A stretch of 63,436 bases of DNA, filler included, from Basidiobolus ranarum (taxonomy: Eukaryota), in NCBI GenBank assembly GCA_040143965.1. It is 46 parts of 46 records of this genome, joined end to end, with 100 filler letters (N's around TTAATTAATTAA, not from the genome) between each part and the next. Parts side by side here need not be neighbours in the genome. Positions count along the whole stretch, not along the records: positions 23,540 to 24,822 come from JASJQH010012576.1; positions 24,923 to 26,204 come from JASJQH010012577.1; positions 26,305 to 27,586 come from JASJQH010012578.1; positions 27,687 to 28,968 come from JASJQH010012579.1; positions 29,069 to 30,350 come from JASJQH010012580.1; positions 30,451 to 31,731 come from JASJQH010012581.1; positions 31,832 to 33,112 come from JASJQH010012582.1; positions 33,213 to 34,493 come from JASJQH010012583.1; 38 more parts are not named here. One strand, 5' to 3'. The position numbers were made by a program, and so were the translations under genes. A model generated the notes under the pieces. That model was not told where the DNA came from and made no database searches. It saw only the letters and a list, made by a program, of their open reading frames with translations. Below, piece after piece: positions 23,540 through 36,029 of the stretch; positions within the stretch are counted from its first letter, which is position 1; each line of letters starts with the position of its first letter.

Positions 23540-24822
23540 ACATTTCTGGCTTTTTTGGTATAATTTTGATCTCTTCTGGTCTGGAATCATTGCATATGTG
23601 GTACTTCCAAAAACTCTGATATTAGCCACATCAGGTTTACTTCCAAACCAAGCTTGATAAGGTGTCATAGTCAATAGAGACCTAGCAGGACATATATTCC
23701 TAATATATACTGCAGTTGCAACCAATTCAGCCCAGAACTGTTTTGGTAAATCTTGATCATGAAGCATTCATCTTGCCTTTTCCATTTTTGATACATTTGC
23801 ACATTCTGCTACTCCATGCTGCTGTGGAGAATATGGTTCTGTAGTCTGCTGCTTTATCCTGTGTGTTGAGCAGACACTAAATAAGAGTTATGAGGTTTAC
23901 TCCTCTCCATTATCAGTACAGATAATCTTAATCTTTAGACCTGTTTCAGTCTCCAGCATTGCTTCACACTTCTTGATGGTATCAAAGGCTTCATCCTTAC
24001 TAGCCTGAAAGTACATCCAAGTATGCTTTGTCTTATCATCAATAAAGGTCATAAAATACTTTTTCCACCTAAGGATTTTATCTGCATTAGGCCACACAGA
24101 TCTAAGTGTATCCAGCCCAATTTTTGATCAATTTTGCTGACTCCAGAGCCCACAAACAGCTGTCTTTGTTGCCTACCATATAGGCAACCTTCACATAGCT
24201 CCAGATCTGGTGGAATTACAAAACATAGTCCCAAAACCATCTTGTTTTGGATTACATTTCTCATTTTTTCAGCTCCTAGATGACCCAATCTTTTATGCCA
24301 GATTTTCTAGTCTATCTCTTTATCTGTGGCAGTATTAACTTGTTCATATATTGGCCTAATATAATGAAGCTGATACAAGCTATTTTGTTTAGCTCCAGAT
24401 GCTATGTAATTCCCTTTTTGATCCATGTTTGTACAGCCATTTTGATCAAAATTAAAGCTACATCCCTCAGATGTAGCTTTACTCACTGATAACAAATTTT
24501 TTGCTATCCCAGGCACATTAAGCACATTTTTCAGTGTCAAATACATGTCCCCAGAGATGCCCCCAAGAATCACTTCACTTTCTCCCACTCCTAGAGCTTC
24601 TAGTGGCTGGTCATCTCCCATATAAACCTTCTTATTTATGTCAGTTTTGAGTGTCTTAAACCGGTTTTTTGGATTAGAGAAATGTTGAGAGGCTCCAGAA
24701 TCAATATATCACAACCTACAGTCTGGTTCAGAGGTCACTGATAGGGCAGAAATGAATAAAACTTCCTCTTTGGCTGAAATCAAATCTGCTTGTTCTGACT
24801 TCTCACTTTTGTTGTAATTTCT
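23540..24822 (-). mobile_element. Ty1/copia protease-integrase remnant
   Basis: [40 protein letters not shown]; frameshifted. Confidence 0.95.
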
Positions 24823-24922
24823 NNNNNNNNNNNNNNNNNNNNNNNNNNNNNNNNNNNNNNNNNNNNTTAATTAATTAANNNNNNNNNNNNNNNNNNNNNN
24901 NNNNNNNNNNNNNNNNNNNNNN

Positions 24923-26204
24923 ATATTGCAGGGTATCTGCCAGATAGCTGGAATAATATTGATTCAGCAATGTTAATACAATGGTGGGCTTTGATATAGA
25001 TATTGATGCAAGCTTGTGTTGGATATGAGCTAAACCTTGGGTATGAAGAACTCTATAAAATTACTCTAGAGAACATATGAAAGAAACTGGGGATTTTGAA
25101 GGTGACAAGTTAGTGTTCAAGTGGAAACAGTGTAAAAATTGAGTAACATTTTTTGCACATGTGTTGATCCATAGTTCTCTGAGATTTAGCCAATCATGTG
25201 CAACTATTCTATGATATCTTGAAATTTCACTTGTGAAACTGAAAAAAGGATTAAAATTAAATCTAACTTGACAATTTGAAGGTGGTAGTATATGATCAAT
25301 CCAAAATGGATTATAATTGAGACAGTGTTCCTACAATAACAATCCTCAAATTTCTGTTAGAGGATACTGCTAATATAATCTTTTGGCATCAACTCACATT
25401 GGCAGATCTCAGGCAGATACAGTAACTGCACATTGATTTTACAATTGGATATGAAAAACTTTATTACAGATTGAAAGAAGATAGACTGAATCTATGCCAG
25501 TATTCAATATATTTCCTGCTGCATGTTTCACATGATTAGAGATTATAGTCCCTTGCTGTACATTCCAGGAGTTCCCAATGGAGCACACCTGCAGTGAAAT
25601 GATGCACCATGTAAAACTGTCAGTATTATCATATGCTGATCTGATTAATAATGCCCTGACAAAAATAAATTTGATTTGATCTGGATTGGAACAACCCTTC
25701 AGGATTGCAAAGCCATCAGAGAACCATCATAATGTTGTTGGCTTACATTCTGCCAGGTATTTGGATGGTGTAATGGTGGCTTCTCAATGGTATTTTGATG
25801 GTATTAATACCTGTTAATATATTGATCCTCCTATTTGGCATGTGTTATTTAATTTCCAGGAACTTTTTCAAAAATATAATTTTTGAATGGGAAATTACTG
25901 GGTTTACTGCTCTAGAAATTGAAATAAATATACATGCCTTTATTTAGATATTTTTGGCTATGTATTCCAGCCATAATGAGAAACAAAAAATACCAGAATC
26001 TTGTTGTGTTTAGTCTCTACATTTGCACATACTTGACTGATCAGACATAACTCAACAACACCAATATATTTTCCCAATCAATTCAAACTTTGATCTTATC
26101 TTGAATGGCTCATTCATATTGAATTTTCCACTATATAGCTGAGTAAGTAGTATTGGAATGTTGTTGAATAGTAAGTGCATTGTGGCTAATGGAAAGCTCT
26201 GGCT
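24923..26204. mobile_element. Mosaic of CACTA-like copies (terminus B ends 25362, terminus A starts 25654)
   Basis: The termini face outward around a transposase piece of a third copy. Confidence 0.85.
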
Positions 26205-26304
26205 NNNNNNNNNNNNNNNNNNNNNNNNNNNNNNNNNNNNNNNNNNNNTTAATTAATTAANNNNNNNNNNNNNNNNNNNNNNNNNNNNNNNNNNNNNNNN
26301 NNNN

Positions 26305-26788
26305 ATTTGCCAAGTGTCAATGCCATTCAAAACTTCAGATTTTAGCAATTTTCCCACTGTTAGTTTGCTGGTAAAGCATATTGATGTTGTTGAGATATGT
26401 CTGATTGGTCAAGTATATACATATGCAGAGACTAAACACAACAAGATTCTTTTTTTTTTTGATTCTCATTATGACTGGAATACAAAACCAAAAATATCTA
26501 AATAAAGGCATGGATATTAAATCAAAATCCTACAACAGTAAACATAGCAATTGGCCACTAAAGATCAATGTTTTTGCAAAAATTGCCCAAAATTAATAAG
26601 GAATGAAAAATGTGAGGATTAATATTTTAACATTTACAAATACCATCAAAATACTATCAAAAAACCACCATCACACCATCAAAGTCCCTGGCAGTGTGCA
26701 AGCCACCAATATGGTGATGGTTCTCTGATGGCTTTGCAATTTAGAAGGGAGGATCAAATCTGAATCAAATTGATTTTTTTTGTTAGGG
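26305..26788 (+). mobile_element. CACTA-like transposase 3' end and terminus A
   Basis: TKHNKILFFFDSHYDWNTKPKISK*, then ...TTTTGTTAGGG. Confidence 0.85.
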
Positions 26789-27385
26789 ATTTGGGTGCTG
26801 TAATCCAGGTGACAACCTTTATGACACTCATGTCTGCTGCTCATCAAGAAGAAATAGCCTTCAATATCATTTCTTCATCTCACCACCCTGTCATCCTTGG
26901 TGTATCATGGCTCATACAGTACCACCAAGTAATCAACTGGATGAAGAAAACTCTCACATTCAAACAAGCTCCATCTCCTAGTCCATATTTGCCAATCTAC
27001 AAAGTATCCAACTTGTTATCTGCCCATATCCTCAAAACATCTATAAAGCCAATATACATTGACAATGTTGCTGAAGAGCAAAACCAACAAAACCTATGGT
27101 TCATCAGCTCCCACCCAAATACTTAGCCTTTGCTGATGTCTTTGACAAAAAGAAATCCAATATACTCCCAGCTCACCCCCATATTATTGCCCAATAGATA
27201 TACAAGAAGGAAACCAACCACCATTTGGGCTTATGTATGGGACTACTCAGCCAGAGCTCAACATTCTGAAAAAGTATATTGCAGAAAATCTGCAGAAAGG
27301 ATTTATCCAGCATTCAAAGTCTCCAGCAGACTCTCCAATCTTATTTGTCAGCAAAAAGGATGGATCTCTCCACCTCTGTGATGAT
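26789..27385 (+). mobile_element. Ty3/gypsy (Tf2-like) protease end and RT start, decayed
   Basis: HPVILGVSWL..Y.Q.INW; FADVFDKKKS; YIAENLQKGFI..SKSPA.SPILFVSKKDGSLHLC. Confidence 0.9.
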
Positions 27386-27586
27386 TAGACTTGTTTCATT
27401 TTATTGAGCCAGATCAGGCCAGCTAAAAAGTGTGCCAGCACAAATTGGCATGATTGGGCACTATCCGGCATGACCTTATTTACCATTTTGGAAACAGTTT
27501 ATTTTACTTATGTGGTATGTTTAAGAAAAGTACTTTTAGACATTATTGCACATTCAAAAGATAATGAAAGCTTTATTCATAGTGTC
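27386..27586 (+). mobile_element. TAG-terminated TIR element end 1 inserted into gypsy RT
   Basis: TAGACTTGTTTCATTTTATTGAGCC interrupts the RT frame. Confidence 0.82.
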
Positions 27587-27686
27587 NNNNNNNNNNNNNN
27601 NNNNNNNNNNNNNNNNNNNNNNNNNNNNNNTTAATTAATTAANNNNNNNNNNNNNNNNNNNNNNNNNNNNNNNNNNNNNNNNNNNN

Positions 27687-27988
27687 ATGTGTGTAAGCTA
27701 CAAAAATCACTTTATGGACTTAAACAATCACCCAGGGCCTGGTACGCTAAGATAGATACATAATTGGAATCACCTGATTTTGCAAAGAGTATGGCAGATT
27801 TTGGGATCTACTTTACAACAGATAAGGACAGTAAGGTGATACTTGCCTTATATGTAGATGATCTGATTAAAGCTACCAATAGTGATGAAGCTCTCAAGAA
27901 CACCAAAAAAGATCTATCAGTCCAATTCAAGATGACCAATTTAGGTGAACTGATGTATTTTTTGGGCCTGCAGAGCCATACAGATATT
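27687..27988 (+). mobile_element. Copia reverse transcriptase fragment
   Basis: VCKLQKSLYGLKQSPRAWY...LYVDDL...LGELMYFLGL. Confidence 0.95.
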
Positions 27989-28968
27989 TTTTGGGAAAAT
28001 ATGGGCTGTTTAGAGGAACTTGAGAAAAGTGGAGTTGTGAATAGCTTTGTGAGATAACTATTTATTGTCCAGAAATAAAGCATTTATACATTTTGGTGTA
28101 CATAGAGGAAACTAACACTGTGGTTGTGTTCAGAATATCTGCGGGAGTAAAATGAGCTATCTTTGGGGCAATTTGGACAAGTTTGAAATTTCCAATATGG
28201 AATTGCTAATTCTCACATTATTCACATATATATATAATATATGTTTTGATTTTCAGCCAAGTGATATTTGACTAAGTGATGTTAACTAACTTATATATGA
28301 TATATGAAATAGTTAGGTGTATAAAGATAGAGATAACAAATATGATAAAGACAATAAACTTCAACACTACCACTCAACTGAATATTCATATATCTGAATC
28401 CTAACTTAAATCATATTTCTTCAAATTTAGGCCTGGGTAATGGTTTGGTAAGGATGTCAGCTATCATGTCCTCAGTTGGACAGTACTCCAGTTGGACATG
28501 CTTATTCTCAATAGCTTCCTTTGATTATCCTAAAAAATTATGGTGGGTGTACTTTGAATAATGCCCAAGTCTTTGAACAGCTTCCTTAACCACATAGCTT
28601 CCATTATTGTAGGTGATGCTGCCATTTATTCTGCTTCAGTTGTTGAAAGTGCTACAGTGGGTTGCTTCTTGCTATTCCAAGATATGGCTGCTTCACTATA
28701 GAGAAAGGTATATCCAGTGATAGGTCTTCTGTCCTCAATATCACATCCCCAATCTGCATCACTAAACCCCATTAGATCCTTATTCTCATAAGAATATGTG
28801 TATCTTAATCCCAGATCAATTGTCCCCTTCAAATATCTGAAAATCCGCTTAACTGCTGCATAATGTTCAGATCCTGCATTTTGCACATGTTGGCTGACTA
28901 CTCCTTCTGCAAAATAGATATCTGGTTGGGATCCAGTCATAGCATAGATCACACTACATATCATAGAC
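27989..28968 (-). mobile_element. Copia family 1 3' end: RT/RNase H, PPT and 3' LTR (27989-28366)
   Basis: GFSDADW...ISWNSKKQPTVALSTTEAE...DMIADILTK, followed by the 378-bp LTR. Confidence 0.95.
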
Positions 28969-29068
28969 NNNNNNNNNNNNNNNNNNNNNNNNNNNNNNNN
29001 NNNNNNNNNNNNTTAATTAATTAANNNNNNNNNNNNNNNNNNNNNNNNNNNNNNNNNNNNNNNNNNNN

Positions 29069-29800
29069 AGAACCAAGGTCAACATCTAGCAGCAAGTCCT
29101 CAAAGTTTTCTGGACTTACTGGTTATTGATATCTTGAGTTGAAAGTTGACATTTATAGTTTTTCAGGATATAAACAATCTAACAAGTAGAATGTGTTGGG
29201 GTAGGTCCAAGGTATATGGGTGCAAAGTTTAGGGCTTCTAGCACAAGTTCGAAAATCTCTCTATATTATCCTGGTGAACTATAAGACAATTAAGCACTAA
29301 GCCATATATGACTATATAGATGTGTAGGCAGTGCTAATTTCAACACTCTCACTCAATTAAACATTAACATAAACTAAGCTAAATAAAGGTCTAAATTTCT
29401 CAAATATTTGTCTGGCTAACAATTTGGTTAATATATCAGCAATCATGTCTTCTGTAGAGCTATCAGTTAAGTCAATAATCTTATTCTTTATAGTCTCTAT
29501 AATTGATTAATGTCTAATATCTATATGTTTGCTTTTATTATGAGACAAGGGATTTTAGCTAATACAATATGACTTTGTATATCTTGAAATATTGCAGTTG
29601 GTGATTTTCAGGCATAACCTAACTCTGTGAAGAGTTTTCTTACCCATATTGCTTCTTCTCTTGATTCACAGGCAGGCATGTACTGTGCATCTGTTGTTGA
29701 ACATACTACAGTAGGTTATTTCTTTAAATATCAGCAAAAAGCTCCATCACAGCAAAGAAATAAGTATGCTGTTGTAGATCACCTGTCTTCTAAATAGACT
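29069..29800 (-). mobile_element. Copia family 2 RNase H remnant, PPT and LTR (LTR starts at 29345)
   Basis: EDMIADILTK; purine tract followed by TGTTGAAATTAGC. Confidence 0.85.
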
Positions 29801-29809
29801 TTCAGATCA

Positions 29810-30350
29810 AAGTATTTGCGGATTGTTTTCATAGGAAAACCACCACTATTTTAATCTGTTTTGGATTCACCATTTACTTACCATCATAAAATTAGCTAGT
29901 TAGATTTAATATTAATTAATTTTTTCAGTTTCAGGAGTGAAATTTCAAGATCTTGCAAAATAGTTGCACATGATTGGCAGTAATCTCAGAGGACTATGGA
30001 TCAACCCATGTGCAAAAAACGTAACCCAAATTTTACACATATACCACTTGAACACTGATTTGCCACCTTCAAAATTCCCAGTTTCTTTGATATATTCTCC
30101 TGAACATTTTTATGGAGTTCTTCATACCTAAGGTTTAACTCATTTCCAACATGTATTTGTATTAATTTCTCAACTAATAACTTCATCAATGCCCACCTTT
30201 GTATTAATGCTGCTGAATTAACATTCTTCCGGCTATCTGGCAGATACCCTGCCCTAACAAAAATTTGAGGATTGTTCTTGATGATACAAGTCAATATACT
30301 ATACCATACCCTTTGACTTGTTCACATACCCTTCGTCCATATTATAATAC
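29810..30350. mobile_element. CACTA-like terminus B region with ORF2 (-), and a second terminus B at 30252
   Basis: Homologous to 8660-9105 in reverse; CCCTAACAAAAATTTGAGG at 30252. Confidence 0.82.
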
Positions 30351-30450
30351 NNNNNNNNNNNNNNNNNNNNNNNNNNNNNNNNNNNNNNNNNNNNTTAATT
30401 AATTAANNNNNNNNNNNNNNNNNNNNNNNNNNNNNNNNNNNNNNNNNNNN

Positions 30451-31731
30451 GGGGAAATTTACACTCGGGGTGAACAACTTAAAGTTAAAAATCAGACCAT
30501 CAAAGAGTGTATTAACAGGAACATAGTTCTTGCTCGAATTAAGCGCACGAATGTTACCTGGAATAAATATAGTGGTGCAAACGTTTTAACTCCCGAAAGA
30601 GGTATGTATAACCAATGTTGCGTTTTAGATTTCCAATCTTTATATCCTTCTATCTTAGTTGCGCATAACATTTGTCCTTCTGTCTATGTTAATAGTAACT
30701 TGGCTACTACAAACGTTTATACTATAGATATGGGCACTTCTAAACATAAGTTTCTCCAATCGCCTATTGGCATTCTTTCTGGTCTCGTCAAAAATTTAAT
30801 GGACAAGCGTAAAGAGGTTAAACTCAGGATGAAAAATTTGGATGAGAAAGATATTTATACAAAAATTATTTTGGATCGTAGGCAGAACGCTCTTAAGATT
30901 TGTGCCAATAGTGTTTATGGCATTATGGGATTTGAAAAAAATAATTATTTTGGGCATCTGGGATGCGCAGAATCTATTACTAAGATGGGTAGAACTTATT
31001 TAGATCAAATCGTAAATTATATATCTAATAATTATCCTGCCAGAGTTATTTACGGGGATACAGATTCTTGTATGGTTATTCCCACAACAGTTATCTCCAC
31101 ACCAGATCATATTCAAATGTGTCATAAAATATGTGAAGATGTTACACGCATGCTTCCTTCACCGATGGCTCTTAACTTTGATGAACATTACGATAAAATT
31201 ATTCTGATGTCTAAAAAGAGGTATATTATGTATAAAGACCGAACAATCAAATACAAAGGTGTTATGAATGCTCGACGAGGATATTGCCAATTTGCAAAAA
31301 ATCTTTACAGCAATACTGTCAGTGATATGATGAATGATGTTCCCAAAGACAAGATTATTTCCAATGTTAATAAACTTCTTACGGATCTTTTGAGGAATAA
31401 CGTTCCTGCTGAACTTTTAAGTATGACTAAGTCTGTTAAGAATTTGGATGAGTATAAAGTCGAACCTCCTCAAGTTCTTATGGCTAAAAGGTTAATTGCC
31501 AATGGTATAGAAGTAATTCCTGGTACCAGATTGGAATATGTTTTTACGACGAATGGTGAGAAGCAGGGTGAGCGAATGTATATGCCTGAAGAATTGGCAA
31601 GAATGGATGACTTAGAAGTGGATCCACTTTATTACATGGAGCATCAGATTATGTCACAGATAGATGATCTTTTGGGAATATTAGGTGAGGAAAATTATGT
31701 TAAACAGATAGTTAAATCTATGAGAAAGGCT
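30451..31731 (+). CDS. polB: Family B DNA polymerase, catalytic domain, large-dsDNA-virus-like (both ends partial)
   Basis: Whole contig is one 427-codon frame: TRGEQLKV, YSGANVL.P..GMY, DFQSLYPSI, RQNALKICANSVYG, YGDTDS, KKRY, KG, YYMEHQI. No introns. Confidence 0.95.
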
Positions 31732-31831
31732 NNNNNNNNNNNNNNNNNNNNNNNNNNNNNNNNNNNNNNNNNNNNTTAATTAATTAANNNNNNNNNNNNN
31801 NNNNNNNNNNNNNNNNNNNNNNNNNNNNNNN

Positions 31832-33112
31832 AGTTGCTTCCAGCCACTGTATTAATTGGAATATTGCAGCATTATTGCTTGTCATGGCCTGTATAGCAAC
31901 TTTGTAGTTTTTACTTATGATTGCATACAAGTCATTATGGTGTTCTGCCTGTGCTTCCCTTGTTTTACTAATTCTGTCCAGATTTTCTACAGAGGGTTGC
32001 TCAATAGTGGGCAAAGTAGCCATTTTGGAAGTTGATGGTCTTGATGGTGTTTTGGTTGAACTTTGCTCAATTATTGACTTACTATGTAATTGGGGGGTTA
32101 CAATCTCTTCACTTGCACTATTGCTGGAAAGGAAAATATCTAGAAAATTGATTAATGCTTCATCATTACTTGAGTTAGTTTCTGGCATGTTAATGCCTTC
32201 CAAAGTGGATAGTGGGTTGCTGGACTGCTCATCAATCAAGTGCTCTGTTCTTGCTGGTTTTTTTCCTTTTGTGCCTGCAGGTTTTGACTTGGAAGCCAAT
32301 TTTGACTTGGATTTTGAATGCTTTTTGAATGGTATTGAAATTTTCAGATGGTAAACTTGGTGTAAAGAAATTGCTTAGAAACAGCTTACAATAAACCAAA
32401 ATTTCCATCCATTACAAGAATATCTTGTAAATCCCCTGATGACTCATCCGTGACACCATCTCAGAATCAGCTGATGATATTGATGGGCTATACCTAATGT
32501 ACCACCCTTACATAGGAGGTGTTTTTTTTTCTGCAATATCCATCTCATGCCACCACACAAATGTTTAAAGAAGCCCTGCTATTATTGACACAAATTCTTG
32601 AGCTGTGAAAGCTGGAGGCTTCATGGAAAAAATAATCACAAGCACAGTCACTGTACAAAGCTACAAGCTGCACAAAGCCTGGTGTATAACAACAGTAATA
32701 AGTGCACTCAATTGACTTTAGTTTTGCCCATTAAATTTTGATGAAATCATCCAAATATAGGTCATTTATCCAATACCAAAGTACACACTGTAAAGCTGAT
32801 GATATTACTGATATACTTGTTATATATCACTACCGAATCTGAAAAGTCACGGTTTCTTTGAGAACATGTATGATCATGTGTTTGCATTGGTTCTTGATGG
32901 TTTCTCACTAAACAAATTTACTGTTGAAAAGGCTTGCTGGCCAAAAATTTCAATCAACTTAAATCTTCCTCCTTCTGAATGGTACAAGAGTGATAATATT
33001 TTGGTACTATCCATCATATGTGAACCTAAATCACCAGTGCTTATAGATAGCTTCTTGGAGCCTTTGATTGCACAATTTGAATGGTTATCTAATGGGGTTC
33101 AGATGTGTGAAT
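31832..33112. mobile_element. CACTA-like centre: ORF2 N-terminus (-), intergenic region, transposase (+)
   Basis: ORF2 ...LASKSKPAGTKGKK reads left from ~32335; transposase FALVLDGFSL...NLNLPPSEWYK reads right from ~32735. Confidence 0.88.
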
Positions 33113-33212
33113 NNNNNNNNNNNNNNNNNNNNNNNNNNNNNNNNNNNNNNNNNNNNTTAATTAATTAANNNNNNNNNNNNNNNNNNNNNNNNNNNNNNNN
33201 NNNNNNNNNNNN

Positions 33213-33812
33213 TGTGTTAGGACATTTGTTGACTGCAAGGTGGGGATATATTGGCTGAATTCTTTATGGAAATTTGCCAAAATCCAAGGGCTTATTCTTA
33301 TTTTGAACGGTAACAAGAGTCAGCTATTTGCCAAGTGTCAGTGCTATTCAAAATTTCAGATGTTTAGCAACTTTTCCACCATAAGTTTGCTGGTAAAGCA
33401 TATTGATGTTATTGAGTTATGTCTAATCAGTCAAATATGTGCATATGTAGAGACTAAACACAATAAGATTCTTGTATTTTTTGATTCTCATTATAGCTGG
33501 AATACAAAGCCTAAAATATCTAAATAAAGGCATGCATATTAATTTGAATTCCTACAGCAGCAAACCCAGTAATTTGCCATTCGAAAATTATATTTTTGCA
33601 AAAATTGCAGGATATTGAATAATGATGCCAAATTTGAGGATCAATATTTTAACATGTATGAATACCGTTAAGATACTGTCCAGAAACCACCATCACAGCA
33701 TCAAGATCCCTAGCAGAATGCAAGCCAACAATATTGTGATGGTTTTCTGACAGTTTTGCTATTTTGCAGGGTTGATCTGATCCAGATCAAATCAATTTTA
33801 CTTTTGTTAGGG
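33213..33812 (+). mobile_element. CACTA-like transposase 3' end and terminus A
   Basis: ORF 33240-33527, then TTTTGTTAGGG ending at 33812. Confidence 0.87.
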
Positions 33813-34249
33813 ATATGTGATAGTAGTGGTTTCTGTCATGCTCTAAAGGTTAGAACAAAGGGCTCATAACCTATTGGGAAAATATGGGCTGTTTGGAGGA
33901 ACTTTTGAAAAGTGGAGTTGTGAATAGCTTTGTGAAATAATTATTTCTTGTCCAGAAACAAAGTATTTATACAATTTGGTGGAAATACAGAAAGCTAACA
34001 CTGGGGTTGTATTCAGAACATTTGTAGTAGTAAAATGAGCTATCTTTGGGGCAATTTGGATGAGTTTGAAATTTCCAATATGCAATTGCTAATTCTCACA
34101 TTGTTCACTTATATATATAATTTATGTTCCTATTTTCAGTTAAGTGACATTTGACTAAGGAATGTTAACTAACTTATATGTGATATATGAGATAGTTGGG
34201 TGTATAAAGATAGAGATAACAAATAGGATAAAGACAATAAACTTCAACA
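33813..34249 (-). mobile_element. Copia family 1 5' LTR (34249-33872) with PBS GGTTATGAGCCC
   Basis: 378-bp LTR followed by the GGTTATG..CCC PBS typical of elements primed by half-tRNA-iMet. Confidence 0.9.
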
Positions 34250-34493
34250 ACATTCCAATACTACTTGAGCAGCTATATAGTGGAAAATTCAATATGAATG
34301 AGACATTTGAGATAGGATCCAAGTTTGAATTGATTGGGAAAATGCTTGAAAACATCAAGGAATCATCATATTTTACCAGGACTCCCATCAATATCTGCTC
34401 ATCTTGGTGTTTATTCAAATGCAAAGACTGGAAGTATTGAAATGATATATATTCAAGTGGAATCTTGAAAAGATTTCTACCTGATAAGTATTG
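34250..34493 (+). mobile_element. CACTA-like transposase fragment (insertion target of the LTR)
   Basis: NIPILLEQLYSGKFNMNE, as at 15780. Confidence 0.8.
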
Positions 34494-34593
34494 NNNNNNN
34501 NNNNNNNNNNNNNNNNNNNNNNNNNNNNNNNNNNNNNTTAATTAATTAANNNNNNNNNNNNNNNNNNNNNNNNNNNNNNNNNNNNNNNNNNNN

Positions 34594-35874
34594 GATCCAA
34601 TACCATATTACTCATCATAAAGCTGATGGTATTACCAATATACTTGATGGATATCACTTCCAGAATCTGAAAAGTCAAGGTTTCTTTGAGAACATGTATG
34701 ATCATGCATTGGCATTGGCTCTGGATGGTTTCTCACTAAACAAATATACAATTGGAAAGGCTTGCTGCCAACAATTTTAATCAACTTAAATCTTCCTCCT
34801 TCTGAATGGTACAAGAGTCATAATATTTTGATACCATCCATCATATCTGGACCTAAATCACCAGTGCTTATAGATAGCTTCTTGGCGGCTTTGCTTTCCA
34901 AATTTGAATGGTCATCTAATGCTGTTCAGATGGGTGAATATGTTATTAGAGCTAATATCATTATATATATAGGTGACACTCCTGCCATCAGTAAACTTGG
35001 AGCTTTTTGTGGGCACATTATACTATCTTTCTATAGATTTTGTCAATTCAATGGAGTTTACTCTAACAGGCGTCTGCATTACTACCCCTAACAAAAATAA
35101 AATCGATATGATCCAGATTGGATCCACCCTCCAAAAGAGCAAAACCATCAGAGAACCAACACAATATTGGTAGCTTGCATTCTGCCAGGGATTTTTGATG
35201 GTGTGATGGCGGTTTCTTGACGGTATTTTGCTGGTATTTGACAGTATTCATACATGTTAAATTATTGATCCTCAAATTTGGCATGCGTTATTCAATATCT
35301 GGCAATTTTTGCAAAAATTTAATTTTTGAATGGCAAATTACTGGGTTTACTGCTGTAGGAATTCAAATCAATATGCATGCCTTCATTTAGATATTTTAGG
35401 CCTTGTATTCCAGCCATAATGAGAATCAAAAAATAAAAGAATCTTGTTGTGTTTAGTCTTTACATATGCACATACTTGACTGATTAGACATAACACAACA
35501 ACATTAATATGCTGTACCAGTAAACTAATGCTGGAAACATTGCTAAACATCTGTAATCTTGAATAGCACTGACACTTGGCAAGGAGCTGACTCATGTTAC
35601 CATTCTCAATGAGCAGAAGCTCTTGGATTTTGGCAAATTTCCGTAAAAACCAGCCAATGTATCCCCAACTTGCAGTCAACAAATGTCCTGCCACAAGTAG
35701 ATGTGTCATTGCTGGAATAGATTACCCCATGGCTAAACAATAATACTGTGTATCTTGATCTATCTCACCAAGAAGTCTGTCTTGCAGCTTTCCTAAATAT
35801 ACCATCAGATTATCACACAAGCAAATTAGTCTTATTATAGAGGTACTTACTCTGTGTCGATGGATTGGGCTTTG
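34594..35874. mobile_element. CACTA-like transposase (+) interrupted at 35086 by terminus A and the transposase 3' end (-) of another copy
   Basis: NLNLPPSEWYK...GDTPAISKLG; CCCTAACAAAAATAAAATCG. Confidence 0.88.
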
Positions 35875-36029
35875 NNNNNNNNNNNNNNNNNNNNNNNNNN
35901 NNNNNNNNNNNNNNNNNNTTAATTAATTAANNNNNNNNNNNNNNNNNNNNNNNNNNNNNNNNNNNNNNNNNNNNTAAGACTGTGGGTTGTCATAACTCCC
36001 AAGCCCCCCACACTCAAACAAATAACAAG

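Noticed and set aside
29069-33112. PolB flanked by TIR ends as a Polinton/Maverick-like self-synthesising transposon
   Set aside because: The flanks are on different contigs. The polymerase also looks delta-related (RNA-primed type) rather than protein-primed.
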